Assembly (NCBI GenBank): GCA_052327205.1
Contig: CM126204.1
Location: 124,062,001-124,126,000, forward strand
Length of the DNA: 64,000 bases
Source of the DNA: Somniosus microcephalus
Lineage: Eukaryota
Reading direction: 5' to 3'
In this document: one piece after another, positions 62,656 to 64,000 of the stretch
Position numbering within the stretch: position 1 is the first letter of the stretch
How the letters are laid out: every line of letters begins with the position of its first letter
The notes under the pieces: generated by a model
Databases searched by the model: none
Told to the model about the DNA's origin: nothing
What the model saw: the letters and a program-made list of their open reading frames with translations, nothing else
Made by a program: the position numbers and the translations under genes

Positions 62656-63665
62656 ACTGAAGCAGTTTGAATTACAATTAACTCTACACGCAAATAGGCT
62701 ATAAATACATCATTTCCCAATATTGTTTCTTTTTGAAATTTTTACTTTTAGGCTCTCTTTACTGTCCAAACCATGTGTCAGCAGACTACATGGGATCGTC
62801 TACACCAAAGATATCGTAATGGTTCTTGGAAGTGCTAATTTGGGATTGGCTGTCAGAGGGGTATTTCTGCAGGATCCTGTTGCGTCTCCACTTTAAGATG
62901 GAGACTTGTGTTGCTGCTCAATGTTTAGCGGCGTGAAAAGAACTAGCCAAACTTGCTCAATGGCTTAGTCAGTCAAGGCTGCTGTTTGAACACCCGTCCC
63001 TCAGGGGTAGTAATCCATACCTGGCCACTAGAGTGGCCAGGTTGCTAGTTTGTTTTTCCTTTTTTAGAATTTTGCTTTGGAAGTTCAATGAGGATGTGAC
63101 ACGCAAAGTTGTGCCACAGCTTTATGTGGGAGAGTCTTGATCTTGGGGTGTGCCTTAATGTTGATGCCAGTGGGCAAGCTTCAGAGAAAAACACCTCTGT
63201 TGTCAGAAATACTCAGTGCCACACACCCACCCTCCTGACCTCAAATGATTTGATTCAAGCAAACATTTATCTTTCAAAGCTTAAATCTACCCAAGGTACC
63301 TTTTTTGAATTACCAGTATTTTAGTTTGACTCCTTTTTATCATATCTATTTATCATATGTTATACTTTCTTTGCAATGGTGTCATTCTGAAAGGTAGAAA
63401 TGCTGGTAAGAGCATCCCAGCTGTTGGCAATGTTTCAAGTATTCCTCATGCACTGTTTTGTTACATTTAGTTAGGGTCACTGGTTTATGGTAGCTGAATA
63501 AATCAGTTCCATTTTTATTACATGGGATTATGGGATTTTCAGCCTCCGATTCCATCTATTTTTTCATAACTGCATATTAGCAGGCCTGTATCTTGTGTGC
63601 ACAGCGTTTTAGAAAGCTGTTTTAACTAAATGTTTAAGAGCAAAATCAGATGTTGGGCAGAACTC

Positions 63666-63734
63666 AATCAGTTTTTACCAATTTCCACCAATAAATTCAT
63701 ACCATTTTTTGTGGTGAATTGGTAAAAGCTGATT
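63666..63734. repeat. Imperfect hairpin (~23-bp stem, 21-nt loop)
   Basis: AATCAGTTTTTACCAATTTCCACCA / TGGTGAATTGGTAAAAGCTGATT. Confidence 0.8.
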
Positions 63735-64000
63735 CTGTTTAGATGTGACAGAAGGGCTACAATTACCCATTTTTTTTCTTAATCCGGTCCAGTGCTGCAT
63801 ATGCACCCTACCCGTGATCTCAGTGAGCACATAGTGTGCTGTGAGGTACTGGTGTCTCGAAACCTGGTTTTCAGCTGGAAATCAAACTAAGACACTGTAA
63901 TTTGGATATTTTAAGGGGGACATGGCACTTTAGGTTCTGCTGTGAGTGTTTATAATGGTTATACTGCAGCAAATGCCACTTCATTTCTAGTTAGATGTGG

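Noticed and set aside
54700-64000. 3' exons of the next syntenic gene (WDPCP in mammals) on the minus strand
   Set aside because: No recognisable coding exon found by eye; short exons could have been missed.

Overview
Vertebrate genomic DNA, most likely from a shark or other elasmobranch (HE1-type V-SINE, SacSINE1-type DeuSINE, shark-type CR1/L2/Penelope/Harbinger repeats). The window holds the last four coding exons of EHBP1 (+; bMERB domain ending in the CaaX box CVLQ) and, about 9 kb downstream, a complete OTX1 gene (+; three coding exons, 323 aa, K50 homeodomain, SIWSPA motif, His runs, tandem Otx tails). This is the conserved EHBP1-OTX1 gene pair. One 18.9-kb EHBP1 intron is packed with nested retroelements, whereas about 39-56 kb around OTX1 is nearly repeat-free and CpG-retaining. 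Most notable observations: (1) a triple nest in which a Harbinger/Myb element sits at the predicted cleavage triplet of a hammerhead-ribozyme motif in a TSD-flanked palindromic Penelope-type repeat, itself inside an L2; (2) a ~600-bp element resembling LF-SINE plus several AmnSINE2-like copies, families first described from lobe-finned fish or amniotes; (3) an 81-bp near-perfect foldback downstream of OTX1; (4) a duplicated ~61-bp motif-rich block in the OTX1 5' intron, and Otx-site and TCF-site clusters that are candidate enhancers. Repeat family names come from recalled consensus features, not database searches. I found no evidence of a new protein-coding system.
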